From Eledone cirrhosa (lineage: Eukaryota), in contig OZ024740.1 of the NCBI GenBank assembly GCA_964016885.1, forward strand, positions 298,034,001 to 298,098,000: a DNA stretch of 64,000 nt. Reading direction: 5' to 3'. The translations under genes were made by a program, and so were the position numbers. Shown here in pieces: positions 43,931 to 58,045 of the stretch. Position 1 is the first letter of the stretch; each line of letters opens with the position of its first letter. The notes under the pieces are model-generated. The model was given only the letters and a program-made list of their open reading frames with translations, searched no databases and was not told the origin of the DNA.

Positions 43931-44137
43931 AACGAAGGAAATGTGGTAAGGAACCAGATGGACCATAACGCACCAAAGTACTCAATATTTAGGGTAGTCT
44001 ACTACCCTAAGTATTGAGTATTGGGTAATAGGAACAAGTATGGCCCCGACGGCAGAGCTCAAGCCGTTTCGACGGCTAGTCCAGAATTAGCCGTCGAAAC
44101 GGCTTGAGCTCTGCCGTCGGGGTCATTCATACTTGTT

Positions 44138-44186
<49 letters not shown>

Positions 44187-44225
44187 TATATATAGGAAAA
44201 GAGTCAGGACCCCGACAGCTAGGTC
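43931..44225. mobile_element. Family A inverted pair (43931-44140) plus a short-end fragment (44194-44225 minus)
   Basis: Same unit; an internal micro-inversion TAGGGTAG/CTACCCTA at ~43990-44020. Confidence 0.82.
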
Positions 44226-44351
44226 TGAACATTTTTGGGGGACACCCTGTGTATACATATATATATATATATATACATACACACACACAGGGTGTACCCC
44301 AAAAATGTATACATACCTTGATTACCTGTACAGGCCTTTTTTGGGACACCC

Positions 44352-44416
<65 letters not shown>

Positions 44417-44626
44417 GTGTGTGCATGTGTGTGTGCGTGCGTGTGTGTGTGCGTAAAACTATTTTACTATTCATCTATATATCTATCTATTCACAAGTAT
44501 ATTTAGATGTATCTGTATAACGTGCACACGCACACATAAGTAATGCATTGTATGATAGATCGAATGTGGCTGCATGTGTATGTGTATGCCGATGTGCATA
44601 TTTATACTTGTGTGCTTGTGTGTGCT

Positions 44627-44664
<38 letters not shown>

Positions 44665-44764
44665 ATGAGAGCTTAACCGTGCTTTTCGCTTGAACACACT
44701 GACTCACCTTACACTTCTGCATCCTACCACAGTAACCCCCCGATCAATAAACCAGCAATGCCAA

Positions 44765-44984
44765 CTGGTGGCAGTGGATGTATAGCCGTGTTGTTGGTGA
44801 TGATGATGGTGGTGGTGGTGGCAATGCTGGTGGCGGCGGCGGTGGTGGTGGTGGCGTTGTTGTTGGTGGTGGCGGCGGCTTTGTTTTTGGTGGTGGTAAT
44901 GGTGGTGGTGGTGGTGGTAGTGGATGTATAACCGTGTTGTTGGTGATGATGATGATGGTAGAGGTGATGGTGGCGGTGGTGGAG

Positions 44985-45028
<44 letters not shown>

Positions 45029-45416
45029 GGTGGTGGTGGTGGTGGTGGTGGTAGAAGTGGTGGTGGTGGTGGTGGTGGCGGGTATGGCAGTAGTGGTGCT
45101 GGCGACATCTGGTGTCAGTGATTACTGTAGTGATAATGTAGCGGTGTTGGCGACAGGTGGCTTTCCAGTGTGGGGCAGGTAGCAGTTACGGGACAGTGGA
45201 GACTGGAGGGGGGGGGGGGGTACGGGTAGTAGTGATGGTGATAGTGGTAATGGTGGTGGCGGTAATAAGTACGGTGTTGCTGGTGGTGGTGGTGGTTGTT
45301 TTTGTTGTTGTTGTTGGTGGTGGTGGTGGTGGTGGTAACTATAGCTGGTCGTGATAGTAGTGATGATGGTAGTGCAAACGGTGGTTGTGGTAGTGGTAAT
45401 GATGGTGGTGGTGGTA

Positions 45417-45466
<50 letters not shown>

Positions 45467-45809
45467 GGTTGGGAGGTTGGGGGTCATGTGAATGAATGAC
45501 TAGCTGGTCGTGGTGGCTGTGGTGTTAGCGGTAGTGATGTTGATGGTGGCGGTGTTTCGTGAAACAGATGTGCGTGCATTAGTAATTAGATAGATCGGCC
45601 GGCATTCGATCAGTTAATCGCTTTCTGACGAGTGTTTGCCACGTTAGGGACACCAGATACTAAAGCGGGTGATTGATCTTTCATCGACTGCGATCGATAC
45701 TTTTGTTACTGCATCATACCCTAAACAGGTGGACTGATAGATAGGCAGGTAGACAGAGAAATACGTGTATTCTCTCATAGATAGATTGACGGATGGTTGG
45801 ATAGACGGT

Positions 45810-45865
<56 letters not shown>

Positions 45866-45970
45866 AATGTAGAGCGCTAGATAGATACAAAGGATAGATA
45901 GATAGCTACAAGATAGATAGATATGTAGATAGGTATATAATTAGATAGATAGATATGTTTCTTTATTTAA

Positions 45971-46015
<45 letters not shown>

Positions 46016-46197
46016 GGAAGGTAAATAAATATGTAGGTAGATAGGTAAGTAGGTAGGTAGATAGCTAGCTACTAGAGAGATAGATAGGTAGATAGGTATG
46101 TAGGTAGGTAAGTAGGTTGGTAGGTAAGATGGTATGAATGCACCTATGCAGATACAAAGGTAGGTAGATATATGAATAGATAGATATCTTTATTTAT

Positions 46198-46265
<68 letters not shown>

Positions 46266-46270
46266 CAGAG
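44765..46270. repeat. (GGT/GAT/AGT)n low-complexity block (44765-45555) and (GATA)n block (45780-46270)
   Basis: Direct reading of the sequence. Confidence 0.95.
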
Positions 46271-46610
46271 AAACAGACAAATAGATAGAGGGTGTGAGAG
46301 AGTAAGTAGATATATAGGGAGAGAGAGAGGAGAAGGAAAGAAAGAGATATGAAGAGAGATATGTTGCTACTCATACAACACTCTTCCTTCTTCTCCTGAA
46401 TTCCTTGTTAGATATTTTCACATACTGCACTGTGATATATGCATGTGTGATATGTATGTTGCCTGGTACGATATAACTGTGCAGCAACATGTATGTACAG
46501 GCAAATATCGATGCAGATAGCAGAGGAATAGCTGGTCAAGTGGAATAGAGCAACAAACATGGAGCTGAAATTGGCTAGTTCGGATCCTATCTCTGCTAGA
46601 TTCATAATCA

Positions 46611-46794
46611 CAGATCTGTCAACTCTCTACGTCCGACGGGAAGATCTCCCACCCACTTTGGGGGTGCATGGGCTGAAAGATGTCTTCTCTCGTGAAAATG
46701 GGTATAGTTTTCATTATGCAAAATCTCCCCGTTTGGGGGCACCTTTTTTTTTCATGGTACTCCTCGTTTGGGTTTTTAGAGATTGACAGGTCTG
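46611..46794. mobile_element. MITE; second copy at 4032-4335, opposite orientation and split by a SINE
   Basis: CAGATCTGTCAA / TTGACAGGTCTG termini. Confidence 0.7.
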
Positions 46795-48527
46795 TGATCG
46801 AGATATTTAATCCTAGCTGGTTCGATTCAACTTGTTGGAAATAATCGTCTCCCCCACCCCCATACCACTTATTGATTTTTTTTCACACACATACCCCTCA
46901 CCCCCACCCCCTACACACACACCATCCGCTATTAATTTTTACTAATCTATCTCCGGCGAAATTTTATTTTATGTGGTAACATTCATGCGACAATTAATTT
47001 TCTTTATACATTAAAAAACATTATACCTGACAACAAAGTACATTACTAGAAATCCCATATGTTATAAAATAAATAGGTTGCGTTGGGGTTTCAATATGTA
47101 AACTAAACGATTAGTTTTGGTTTTTAAAAATATCAAGGAAACAAACTAGAAAAATTAGCGATTTTCCACCCACCACCCACTTATCCACCCACCCCACCCC
47201 GCTTCTGCTTATTTTCCTGTCCCCTAGCATTTGGAACCCGAGAGTAAAAGTGCACTTAACCCCTCTGTGTGTAATTCTAATGAGAGCTGATGAGGTTGAG
47301 ATGCGTCAGTGCTTTGATTTTGTAACTTTCGTAATCTCCATTTTGTAAGTTTGGTCTCCGTTTGTTTTCCTTTTATTTTCCTTGCCTTATCACTCCTACA
47401 AGCCAACACACTCCTGTCTTAATCTTCTGTTCTTTTCACCCACCCGACACCACAACTTTCCGTTTCTCCGTAGCGGCTGCTATTTTCCGCCCTTAGAGGT
47501 ACTTTTACCTGACTTCCATGCTGTTATTTTTTTTTAAACTGATATTTAAGATAGTTTACAAACAAAAGTTATAAAATGATGGAAATATTTTTTAAAATGA
47601 TAAAAACAAAACTAAGTAACGAAAAGAAGGGGGGTGGGTAAAGAAGGGCAGATGTGGTTGTAGAGGAAAGTAAAGGAATGGACTATAAATGCAATAAATG
47701 AGAAGAAAAGGAGGGGAAGAGCAAAGACCGTGGGGAAAAGGCATGGATTATTAGACAACGGAAGAAAGAGAGGAGAAGTGAAAGGGTGACAGACTCTATA
47801 CCTAGGACGGAGTGCTGTTTCGGCTACGCAGACAAAACTACAAAGGCATTTCCGCGAACAATGGCCAACGACTCCTGCTGTAACAACCTTCGGGGCTCTG
47901 ACGTTCCGATTCCATCTGAGGGCGGTGAATTTGGCAGTATCAATAAAGTGTCGGACAACATGCTTTGCATCATCGAGTTATGGTCCTTTACGTTCTGAGT
48001 TCAAATCCCGCCGAGGTTAGCTTTGCCTTTCATCGTTACGGGGTCGATAAATAAAGTACCAGTAACACACTGGGGTCGATTTAATCTACTTTCTCCTTCT
48101 CCAAAATTGTTGGTCTTGTGCCTAAAAGAGAAACCATTCGGCTGTTTTAACTTCTTCCTCCTCTTCTTCGCCCACTTATTCCTGAGAGGGTCGTGTGGGC
48201 AGAGTCCTTAAACACTTCTTCCATATAGTCTTGTCAGAAGCAACCGTCTCCAACTGATCCGGGTGGATCCCCAAGTGAGGCCTATTTTTCTATGAACTGC
48301 TTGTTAAAATAATCACTAGTACAAAGTCTGCAGTTCTAAGGAAACTATTTAAATGACAATGGGCTTCATCATTCATCACAATATAAAAGTTCAGAAAAAT
48401 CTTTTTCTTCTGATTAATTGTTGCAAAATGAAGACGTTGCTAAAAAACTGTAATATTGAAACTCTAAAGCATTTTGACCTTGAACAAAAATTGAGACGAT
48501 GTTGCTTCCAAATGCACTGCAAATATA

Positions 48528-48601
48528 CAGGGTGTCCCAAAATTGTATACATGTTTCAACAGCATTCTAATAAATGTGTATACATTTTTGGGGACACCCT
48601 G
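48528..48601. mobile_element. Tiny Tc1/mariner MITE; related copies at 44228-44353
   Basis: TA-CAGGGTGTCCCAAAA...TTTTGGGGACACCCTG-TA. Confidence 0.75.
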
Positions 48602-48614
48602 TATATATATATAT

Positions 48615-48828
48615 AACAAAGATGGTGTGGTAATATACCAGGTGGACCATGGACCATAACGCACCAGAGTACTCAATACTTAGGGTAGTAGAGTAGGTAA
48701 TGTGAAAAGAGTCAGGACCCTGACGGCTGAGCTCTGGTCGTTTCGACAGCTAGATCCAGATCAGCTAGATCCGGATCTAGCAGTCCAAACGGCCGGAGCT
48801 CAGCCGTCGGGGTCCTAACTCTTTTCAT
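48615..48828. mobile_element. Family A (subfamily A') inverted pair
   Basis: Variant GAGCTCCGGCCGTTT..GACAGCTAGATCC; same two end points as the other pairs. Confidence 0.8.
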
Positions 48829-49005
48829 ATATATATCCAGGGAGTGTAACGTGAAGTTACCAGGTGAGCACTCGATGTCATGACTGCAGCTTTTGATTCC
48901 AGAGTCGGGCCAGACCGATACAGATCGAACCATAAGCTTATCAATAGCGAAACGCGCGTCACCACCAATCAATAAACGTAATGAAGACATAACAAATCGT
49001 CCTTG

Positions 49006-49047
<42 letters not shown>

Positions 49048-49319
49048 CATACTCAACTGACAAGAATGACTTCAGTTTGAGGTGCTTGATCCTCTGTCAG
49101 CAATTGCCTATACATGGTGAATACTGTAGTTTATTAAAACGGAATGTAATCACTCTTGGAAGCCATTTATTGGAATGGTCTGGTTAAATAAAGATCTATT
49201 CATTCAGAATGCACTCTTCGAATATTAAAATGTCTTGGTAGGCAATTCAGAACCATCAAGTTCTTATGTTGTTGGATTTAACTACAAACGCGAACAGTAT
49301 ATTACACTATCTTTATTCA

Positions 49320-50610
49320 ATATGACAAGAAAGAGACTATCGATTGGAAGGGAAGGTAGCAGTGTATACAGGAGTCGTAAAGGAATTACATTAGATGTTA
49401 AAGTTGGTGTTTTACAAAGGTTTGATGTCTGATGCAATAGCAAAACTCAGCCACATTACCAAAATATCAAAGCTTGCAGCATCTATAGTGGGAACAATAC
49501 GGGACAGTAAAAACAAAATTAGGCCAAGTGTTCAAGCAGTTACTCTTTCATGGATCATTGATGTGTAATATGGAATGGGTAATATACGATGGTCATTCAA
49601 GCGAAAACTAAAAGTTTGAATAACGATTTTATAAAGAAAACGTAACTTCTAAAGCAAAAAAACTGTTCTGGCTAGTAAAACTGTTTTGAGAGGTTTAAGA
49701 AACGCTTTAACATTAAAATGAGCCGTAAAGCTACCTGTGCTGATATAGAGGCTGTTACCAATTGTCCTGGTGAGCTGAAGAAAGTGTTTACTGAAGGAGG
49801 CTACACGCCAAAACAAATAAATAATGTTGATAAAATTAAGTTTTATCCCAGATTTTTATTTCTCGTGAAGAAAAATCAACACCAGGCGTTAAAGCTTACA
49901 AACGTCGCCTTGTTCTTCTTCTGAGAGGAAATGCTACTGGTGGTATGAATAAAGCAACTAATAGTGTATATTTCCGAAAATCCAAGGGCTTTCAACGAAA
50001 CATTCAAATAAGAAAGCATGAAAGATTAAGGGTCTTTGCTAAGTTTGGTTTACAAACTTTTTTTGCTCTGATGAAGGAAGGCGCAATGCCAGGCGTAATA
50101 ATTTCAACAAAGCGTTGCTCCTATTAGACCAGGCATGTCAAACTGAGGGTCCCTCGAGGGCCACATGTGTCACATATGTGTTGTCTCACACGACAACTAA
50201 TTTATAAATTTTATATTACGAAGATGAAACATGCTCGCGTTGTAAAAACCTTTGTGCGAGCCGCAGATGTGCTTGTAAAGGGCTGCAGGTGTGCTTGCAA
50301 AGGACCGTATGTTTGCCATGTCTGTTTTAGACAATGCACCAAGCTACTTAGTGAACTTAAATGATCTTTCCGATAATACAAGGACAAAATATATCCTCAA
50401 GAACACAGTTTCTTCGCCCTAACCAAGGATTCAGGTGTAATAGCTAACTTCAAGGTATTCTTTTCTTAGAACTTCGAAACAGTTCATTAACGAAATTGAT
50501 GGGGAGGGTAAACATGCAGTTAGAAACTTCTAGAAAAGATTCATGGGATGAAATGAAACTCCCAGTCATGAATGGTGTTTGGATAAACACATGAATATAT
50601 ACCGGATGTT
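49320..50610 (+). mobile_element. Tigger/pogo transposase fossil
   Basis: RKGITLDVKVGVLQRF (CENP-B-type HTH), ADIEAV...ELKKVFTEGGYTPKQINNVD, TFISREEKSTPG-like; many frameshifts. Confidence 0.8.
50130..50324. mobile_element. hAT-type MITE nested in the Tigger fossil
   Basis: TIR CAGGCATGTCAAAC / GTTTGCCATGTCTG; 8-bp TSD TATTAGAC / TTTTAGAC. Confidence 0.8.
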
Positions 50611-50621
50611 GAGAAGTTCCT

Positions 50622-50780
50622 GGCTATCGCAAAAGGGTAGAGCTGTTACCTTTAAAGGGAGGGTAGGCCCGCTGCAATATATACATGAATCTAAAAGGGG
50701 GAATATGTTGAATAAAATCATAATTAACTGATCTTCCTGTATATTTTTAACCCAAAACCAGGAACTTTTCAGCACCCCGG
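50622..50780. mobile_element. Mariner-type MITE; related partial copy 51422-51545
   Basis: CCGGATGTTGAGAAGTTCCTGG / CCAGGAACTTTTCAGCACCCCGG. Confidence 0.6.
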
Positions 50781-51100
50781 AATATGTACATATTCATACA
50801 TACACAGACACACGTATATGTGTGTATATATCAGTATGTGTGTGTGTAAAAAATGTAAAAAGACCTGAATTCCTTGTGGAGTCGTAGGGCATCATCCTTA
50901 GCTATATTAAACGTAGCAGAACCCCTCCTTCACCAGATCTTCCAGAGAAAAAGGGAGAGGAAGAATCGACTTAGTACTAAACTAATAATTTATTTATCGA
51001 TCTCGAAAGGATGAAAGGCGAAGTTGACTTTGGCAAGATTTGAACTCAAAACGCAGCAAGTTGGAACAACTACCCAAATATATATATGTATATATATATA

Positions 51101-51302
51101 ACAACAAAGAGGGTGTGGTAAGATACTAAGTGAACCATAACACACCAGAGTACTCAATACTTAGGCTAGTAAAGTGGGTAATAGGAAAAGAATCAGGACC
51201 CCGACGGCTGAGCTCCGGCCGTTTCGACAGCTAGATCCGAACTCAGTTCGAATCTAGCTGGCGAAACGGCCGGAGCTGAGCCATCGGGGTCCTGACTCTT
51301 TT

Positions 51303-51306
<4 letters not shown>
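51101..51306. mobile_element. Family A' inverted pair
   Basis: Same A' variant and end points as 48615-48828. Confidence 0.8.
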
Positions 51307-51389
<83 letters not shown>

Positions 51390-54300
51390 GGGGCAGCTAA
51401 ACCAGCTGTAATTTCAATTCCACCGGGGGTGCTGAAAAGTCCCTGGCTTTAAGGGTATCGCGGAAGGGTGGATGGAGCTCAGGGGAGGTTGGACCGCTAC
51501 AATAAGTGTGTAAATCTAAGAAGGGAATATGTTGAATCCTGTATTTTCTTTTACCCAAACCTTTCTCTCTTATATATATGATATATAAGTATATAATGGA
51601 GTTTAGCTGGTTTAGCTTACGAAGTTGTATCTCATAAGAGGGAGGACCCAGTCCTACCACGAAAAACAACGTTGAATTAAATATCATGCTCAAGAACACA
51701 ACTCGCTACTCGTGGCAGAATTTGAACCCACGACTTCCTGCTTGTAAGTCCAACGCCTTAACCACTAGGAGTCTTCCCTATATACACACGCGCACACATT
51801 TCCCCCTCCTTCTCAGATAGGCAAGTTGTTAATCGAGCAAGCAACACCAAATTCAACTAGCTCGATATTATTCTATGTGTCTGTGTGCCCTATCTATGTC
51901 TATCCATCCATATACACACAGAGACATGCAGCATGCATACAAACGTGTGTTTGTTTGTGCGTGTCCATCATCTATCTAATAGAGATGGCTCTCTCTATCC
52001 ATCCATCTATCTGTCTACTCCCCCCTCCTCCATAATGTGATATGTGACATATATATATGACATATATGACATATATTGCGTGTTTGTGTGTGTGTCGTTC
52101 TTATGGATGATATGTATAGATATATAGATATATCGATAACTCACGGGGCCTGGTGTCGCTGTAGTAAGGAAGTTCCCTGACAAAAAAATATAGTATCAAT
52201 GGATATCATTCATTATGAAATCTATCTATAGGATCTGATGTCTCTAGCGTAGCACCGATGATACAAGGACACAGAGTAGAGTGTGATATAGATGGAAAAA
52301 GGGACAGACTTACAGTAAAGAAAGTAAGAGAGAGAGGGGGGGAGGAGACAGATGGACAGAAGAGAGAGACCGGAGAGACTGGATGAAATGAAGAGAAAAG
52401 AGAGGGAGGAACATACATACATACATACATACATACATACATACATACATACATACATACATACATACATACATACATACATACATACATACATACATAC
52501 ATACATACGTATGTATGTACGTTATATATATTCGTTCTTCCTTTTCGTTTAGAAAGAGAAAGAAGAGAGTAAAGAAAGATGAAGAGACAAGATAGGAGAG
52601 CGAGCGAGGGAAAGAGAAAGCAGAGGTTGGGGGTAATACAAAATGGAAGCAGAAATAACTGGGAAACAAACTGTCTTTTTTTATGACGGCCATGACAGCT
52701 GTTTTGGTCTGACGTTGCTTTACTACAACTGCTGCTTCTGTTCTAACTGCTGCTGATGTTGTCATCAATACTTTCCAGGCGGTCATTTTTGATTTTTGTC
52801 AGATCCACGATGTAGCGATGACGGCGGTGGAAGTGGCGGTTAGTGGTGGAGAGTGAATTATTTTAACGTGCAGTTGACCCTTGCTCGTGTAGTTCTAAAT
52901 TTAATTCTGATCATTTCTATATCTAATGTTTTGCAATAAGTTTACATTTTCTGTCAAATACTACATGCACTTACATGATGGATGCATGCATGATCCCGTA
53001 ATCCCAGAAAGAGTCGTAGGGGTGCCGTATTGACGTACGGCGTTTCTAGGGCATTTTAAAACCTGGCGGAGCCCATCTCCTCTCCAAATCTGAATACAGC
53101 ATATTTCTTCCAGAGAAGGAAAGAGAGTAAGAGAATGGAAGTGAGAAAAAGATACAGAGGAAGAATCGACCCCAGTACTTTTTTTACCGACCTCGAATGA
53201 ACGAAAGACAAAGTTGACCCTGGCGCGATTTGAACTCAGAGAGCAGTGAGTCGAAACGAATACTGCAAAGCATGACTCTGCCAATTTGCCACCTAAAAAT
53301 CATAAAATGTTTAAAATTAGTCATTACAAATGCTTCTCAGGCTCACTGAATATCAAACACTGGCTAATGACACAAAGATTGGTGCGGTTCTAGAATTTCC
53401 TTAAATAAACCTGGTGGTGATGGTGGAGGGTGTGTTTGACCCAGTTACCACTTCATCGAACAGATTTACGATCAAAGGTATTCCAGCCACGACTATCCCG
53501 TCAATTTCCTATGAGTTAGCATGGAATACATGTCCATTCAGTGTCCATTTCTAAGATTTGAAGGAACATTTATTTCTATTTCTAGCATGTCCAGTGACCA
53601 CGTAGATGCTCCTTTAGTAGTGACGAATATAATAACAGTAATTGCGACGACGATGATGACAGTGATGATAATTGTTTCTACTATTGGCACAAGGCCAGCA
53701 ATTATCCAGTGCATTACTGGTACTTTATTTTTATCGACGCTGTAAGGATGAAAGGCAAAGTTAACCTCGGCGGGATTTGAACTCAGAATGGCAAGGGCCG
53801 TAACTCTATGCGTCAAAGCATGGCGTCCGACCCTCTACCGATACTGCCAATCCACATGATGGTGAGGGTGGTGTTGGTGATGGTAATGTTGATAATGGTA
53901 ATGCTTTCTAATTTAGGCACAAAGCCAACAATTTTATGGGAAGGGGGTAAAGTTGATTAAATCGACCTCATTATTTGACTGGTTGAAAGGCAAAATTGAC
54001 GCTGGCAAGATAATAATGAGTGGAGGCATGTGGATTAGTGGTAAGAGTGTTGGACTTACGATCATAATGTCGTGGGTTCGATTCCTGGACTGGGTTGTGA
54101 GTTGTGTTCTTGAGCAAAACACTTCATTTCGCGTTGCTCCACTATACTCAGCTAAAAATGAGTATCACAAATAACTGTGAAGGACTTGTGATACTCACCA
54201 GTCTTGTACTCTCTGTCACTTCTTGTACTCTTTGCTACGGATAAGAGATAGACTTTAGGATAATTGTTTCTACTTTTGGCACAAGGCCAGCATTTATCCC

Positions 54301-54885
54301 AGTACATTACTGGTACTTTATTTTATCGACCCCATAAGGATGAAAGGCAAAATTAACCTCGGCGGAATTTGAACTCAGATCATAAAGGGACGTAATTATG
54401 ATAGAAAGCATGGCGTCCAACCCTCTACCGATACTGCCAATTCACCGCCCTTTAGGATAATAATTGTTTCTACTTTTGGCACAAGGCCAGCAATTATCCC
54501 AGTGCATTACTGGTACTTTATTTTATCGACCCCGTAAGGATGAAAGGCAAAGTTAACCTCGGCGGGATTTGAACTCAGATCGTAAAGACCCGTAACTCCA
54601 TGCTGCAAAGCATGGCGTCCAACCCTCTACTGATACTGCCAATCCACTGCCCTTTAGGATAATAATGATGGTGATAACGATGATGAATGACGATTATGAT
54701 GATGATGTGGAGGAGGAGGAGGAGGAGGACGATGAGGTGGAGGACAGAAATTGATGCTGGGCAACAAGGACTTGTCTTTCCACGTTGATGCATGCTACTA
54801 AAAACTACTTGTATTCTTCCAGTATGATGCTAACCACGCCAGCATCCGAGGTGTTTAACTCCATGATGCTGATGTCTTCTGTGTA

Positions 54886-55206
54886 CTCTTGGGTCTCGAA
54901 TAATCGCCCCCACCCCTGTTTATTAATTTTTCAGATTGTTTACAAACCCCCAGCCTTCCCCCACTTATTAAATTTTGCTAATTGGCGAAATTTTATTTTA
55001 AGTTGTAGAATACCTGTGATAATTAATTTTCTTTAGACATTAAAAAGCATTAAACATAACAGAAAAAATACATTACTAGAAATCTCATACATTATAAAAT
55101 AAATAGGATGGGTTGGGTTCTCAATATGTAAACTAAACGACTAATTCTGTTTTTTTTAAATTACTGATTTTCCACCCCCAGCACCCTATTATTTGGGACA
55201 CAAGAG
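54886..55206. mobile_element. TA-flanked MITE; second copy at ~46835-47245
   Basis: TA-CTCTTGGGTC...GACACAAGAG-TA; internal homology between the two copies. Confidence 0.7.
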
Positions 55207-55309
55207 TATGCAGACCAGTTGAAGTAGGATCCACCTTCATCCATTCAGTATTATCATTGCACATATACAATTATACCTTTTGGAAATTTCTTTGGCATAG
55301 TTTTTTCTC

Positions 55310-56510
55310 TTAAGCCTTTTATTACCAGCCTGGCCCAAACTGGCTCTGGTTCTATGAAATAAAGTCACCCATTTTAAAGGTTTCCAATTCAAACTGAAAT
55401 CTTCCAGCATAATTTTATGTCACAATAGAGCTAGACCAAGAAAAACCAGAGCAGAGGTGGTGAGAGCTGATCTGAAATTGCTGAGGCTCACAGAGGAGAT
55501 GACAAAGAAACAGGGTGAGTGGTGAGGTACTGTGCTGAGAAGGACCCGTCCAATCTATGCAAGCATGGAAAAATGGACATAAAAACGATGATGATGATAA
55601 GAACCATATGTTAAGTTACTATCTCAGTAATGAAATAATTAATAATTTTAGTAAATCCCTCAAAATATAGTAATGAAATAATTAATAATTTTAACAAATT
55701 CCTCAAAATTAATTGAAACAGAATGTAGTTTGTTGGAAATGCGGTTGTGAAAGGGTTAAAAATGACCATTTGTGTTAATGTAGTGCCGCAGTACCTATAC
55801 AACAGTATAGGCAATGAATTTATAGAGTCGTTAGTGTGGCAGATTAAAAACACTTCAATATTTGTTCTAGCTCATTGTGATCTGAGTTCAAATCCTGCTG
55901 AAGTCGTCTTTGCCTTTCATCCTTTCAAACTTGATAAATAATGTACTAGTCCAGTACTAGTCAATTCTTTCTCTCTCTCTCACACACATACCCTTTCTCC
56001 CTCACACACACATATTTTCTCTCTCTCACACACACCCTTTCTCTGTCTGTCTGTAAGAGAAAACTCTGCCAGGTTTAAAATGCCAAGACACACTATGTGT
56101 CAGGACAGCACCCCTACAACTCCATCATGGGTTAAGGGCTTTTTACTTATTACCATACAAGAAAAAACTAAAGTAAACCTGATTTTCTCATGTCCTGTAG
56201 CTTTTACCAGTAGTTTTCTTTTCCTAATCTCTTGTCAAGATTAAAAGGTGTTTCCAATGCATGATGACTCTTAACGCTTTCAAGACCACATTTCTAATTA
56301 AATACACTTTATTTCAATTAATTAATGAAGAATTTTGAAGGATTTACTAAAATGATTAATCATTTCATTACTAAGATAGTAACTTAACGTAAGGTTCTTA
56401 TATAAAATTATGTTGGAAGATTTTAATTTAGATTGGAAACCTTTAAAATAGGTGGTTTTATTTCATAGAACCAGGGCTGGTTTTGGCCGGGTTGTTAACT
56501 AAAGGGTTAA
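55310..56510. mobile_element. Two oppositely oriented piggyBac-type MITE copies (55310-55759, interrupted by a LINE tail; 56271-56510)
   Basis: AAAGGG-TTAA ends; internal sequences are reverse complements (GGTTCTATGAAATAAA / TTTATTTCATAGAACC). Confidence 0.65.
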
Positions 56511-57946
56511 TTTTAGTTTAGCCAATTTCTGATTAGCAATTAATGAAATGCTAGTATTTTATCATACAGATTAGTAGAGAGTTCATCATCATCATTGCTT
56601 TACATTTGCTTTTCTATGTTTGCATGGGATAGATGGGTCTTTTCCAGTATAGCATACCTTCTCTCACTGCATTCCTTCATCAACTCTCACAACCTCTGCC
56701 CAGGTTTTCCTTGGTTTCTTTCTACTACTGAACTTCCTTCCACTGAGATTTCTTAGCAATTCTTCACCCAGCAGTCATCATCCATAGAAATATTTTTCAT
56801 ATTCTCTCAAATCGATAAAGCCCTAGACCCAGATCCCATCAGCCTCCTCCTTCTTCTGACACAAGAGCCCTTGCCTTTCCCATTTTCATAACCACAAAAG
56901 ACACTTGAATATTCAATGTAACTCTACTTTGTGTAGTGGGTACTGTTTTTATTTGCTTATATCATCATCATCATTTAAATGTCCATATTCCACGCTAGCA
57001 TGGGTCTGGATATATGTTCAATATTTGAATAAACATAATTGTATTGTTGTCTATACAGTTTGAATGCAAGGTGGCTTTCATTCATGAATAAACATGAGAA
57101 TTCACTTCCCAAAAAATGTTACAATTAACTCCAACTATATACTCTGTTTGCTATATGGAGAAATCTTTCAGTGACTATTTCTTTGTAAATAAATCCATTA
57201 GCTCATTACTGATACCATTCCTCATCACCACAACCTCTACCACATTTTAACATTCTAGGGTTGATAAAATAAAATAAAATACCAGTTAAGTACTGGGATA
57301 TAATTTAATCAATTATCCCTTACCCCCACACCAACTCCGAATTTATGACCTTTACAAAGTGCACTGGGTGCAGTTATCATGTAGCTCACCAAAACTAGAG
57401 ATGTTGTCAAGCCCTTGAAGCAAATGGAAAGTCCTCTTGACCCTTTTTGGCATGGGTTCTACAGTAAGATGATAATGATGCCTATGCTAGAAACAATAAT
57501 AACAATTATTATTATAGTTTCTGATTTAGGCACGAGGCTAACAATTCTGGGGGGAGGCAAAGTCAATTAAATCGACCCAGTGCGTGACTGGTATTTTATT
57601 TAGACGGCCCTGTAAGGATAAAAGGCAAAGTCAAATCCTGCCGAGGTTAACTTTGCCTTTCATCCCTACAGGGTCTATAAAATAAAGTACCAGTCACGCA
57701 CTGAGGTCGATTTAATCGACTTTCCCCCTCCCCTCAAAATTGCTGGCCTTGTGCCTATATAAGAAACCATTATTATTATTATTATTATCATAACTGGGAT
57801 ACTGGGTTATTGAAAGTTTTATATAATTTGTAAACGAACTATTTTTGTTGAAAGTTTATTTACATAGAGTGCAAGCTTGAGTGGTTAATATTAATTAGTA
57901 ATAGCATTAACACAGCGTGGTTCTCAATAAAGTTGTATACAACTTT

Positions 57947-58045
57947 ATTTGTTTTGTGACAATACGCTTTCCATTCATTCACCGGTCGTAAGCCGTGGCT
58001 CTGTCTTGTTTGTTCAAGGTTAAAGGAAATGACATCACTATTATT
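57947..58045 (-). pseudogene. ~100-bp fragment copy of ALKBH1 coding sequence (source 60246-60356)
   Basis: Near-identical to 60246-60356 apart from an 8-nt and a 4-nt deletion; translates NNSDVISFNLEQT..GLRPVNEWKAYCHKTN. Confidence 0.9.

Noticed and set aside
44704-45499. Gly/Pro/His-rich ORFs
   Set aside because: Trinucleotide repeats are open in several frames on both strands.
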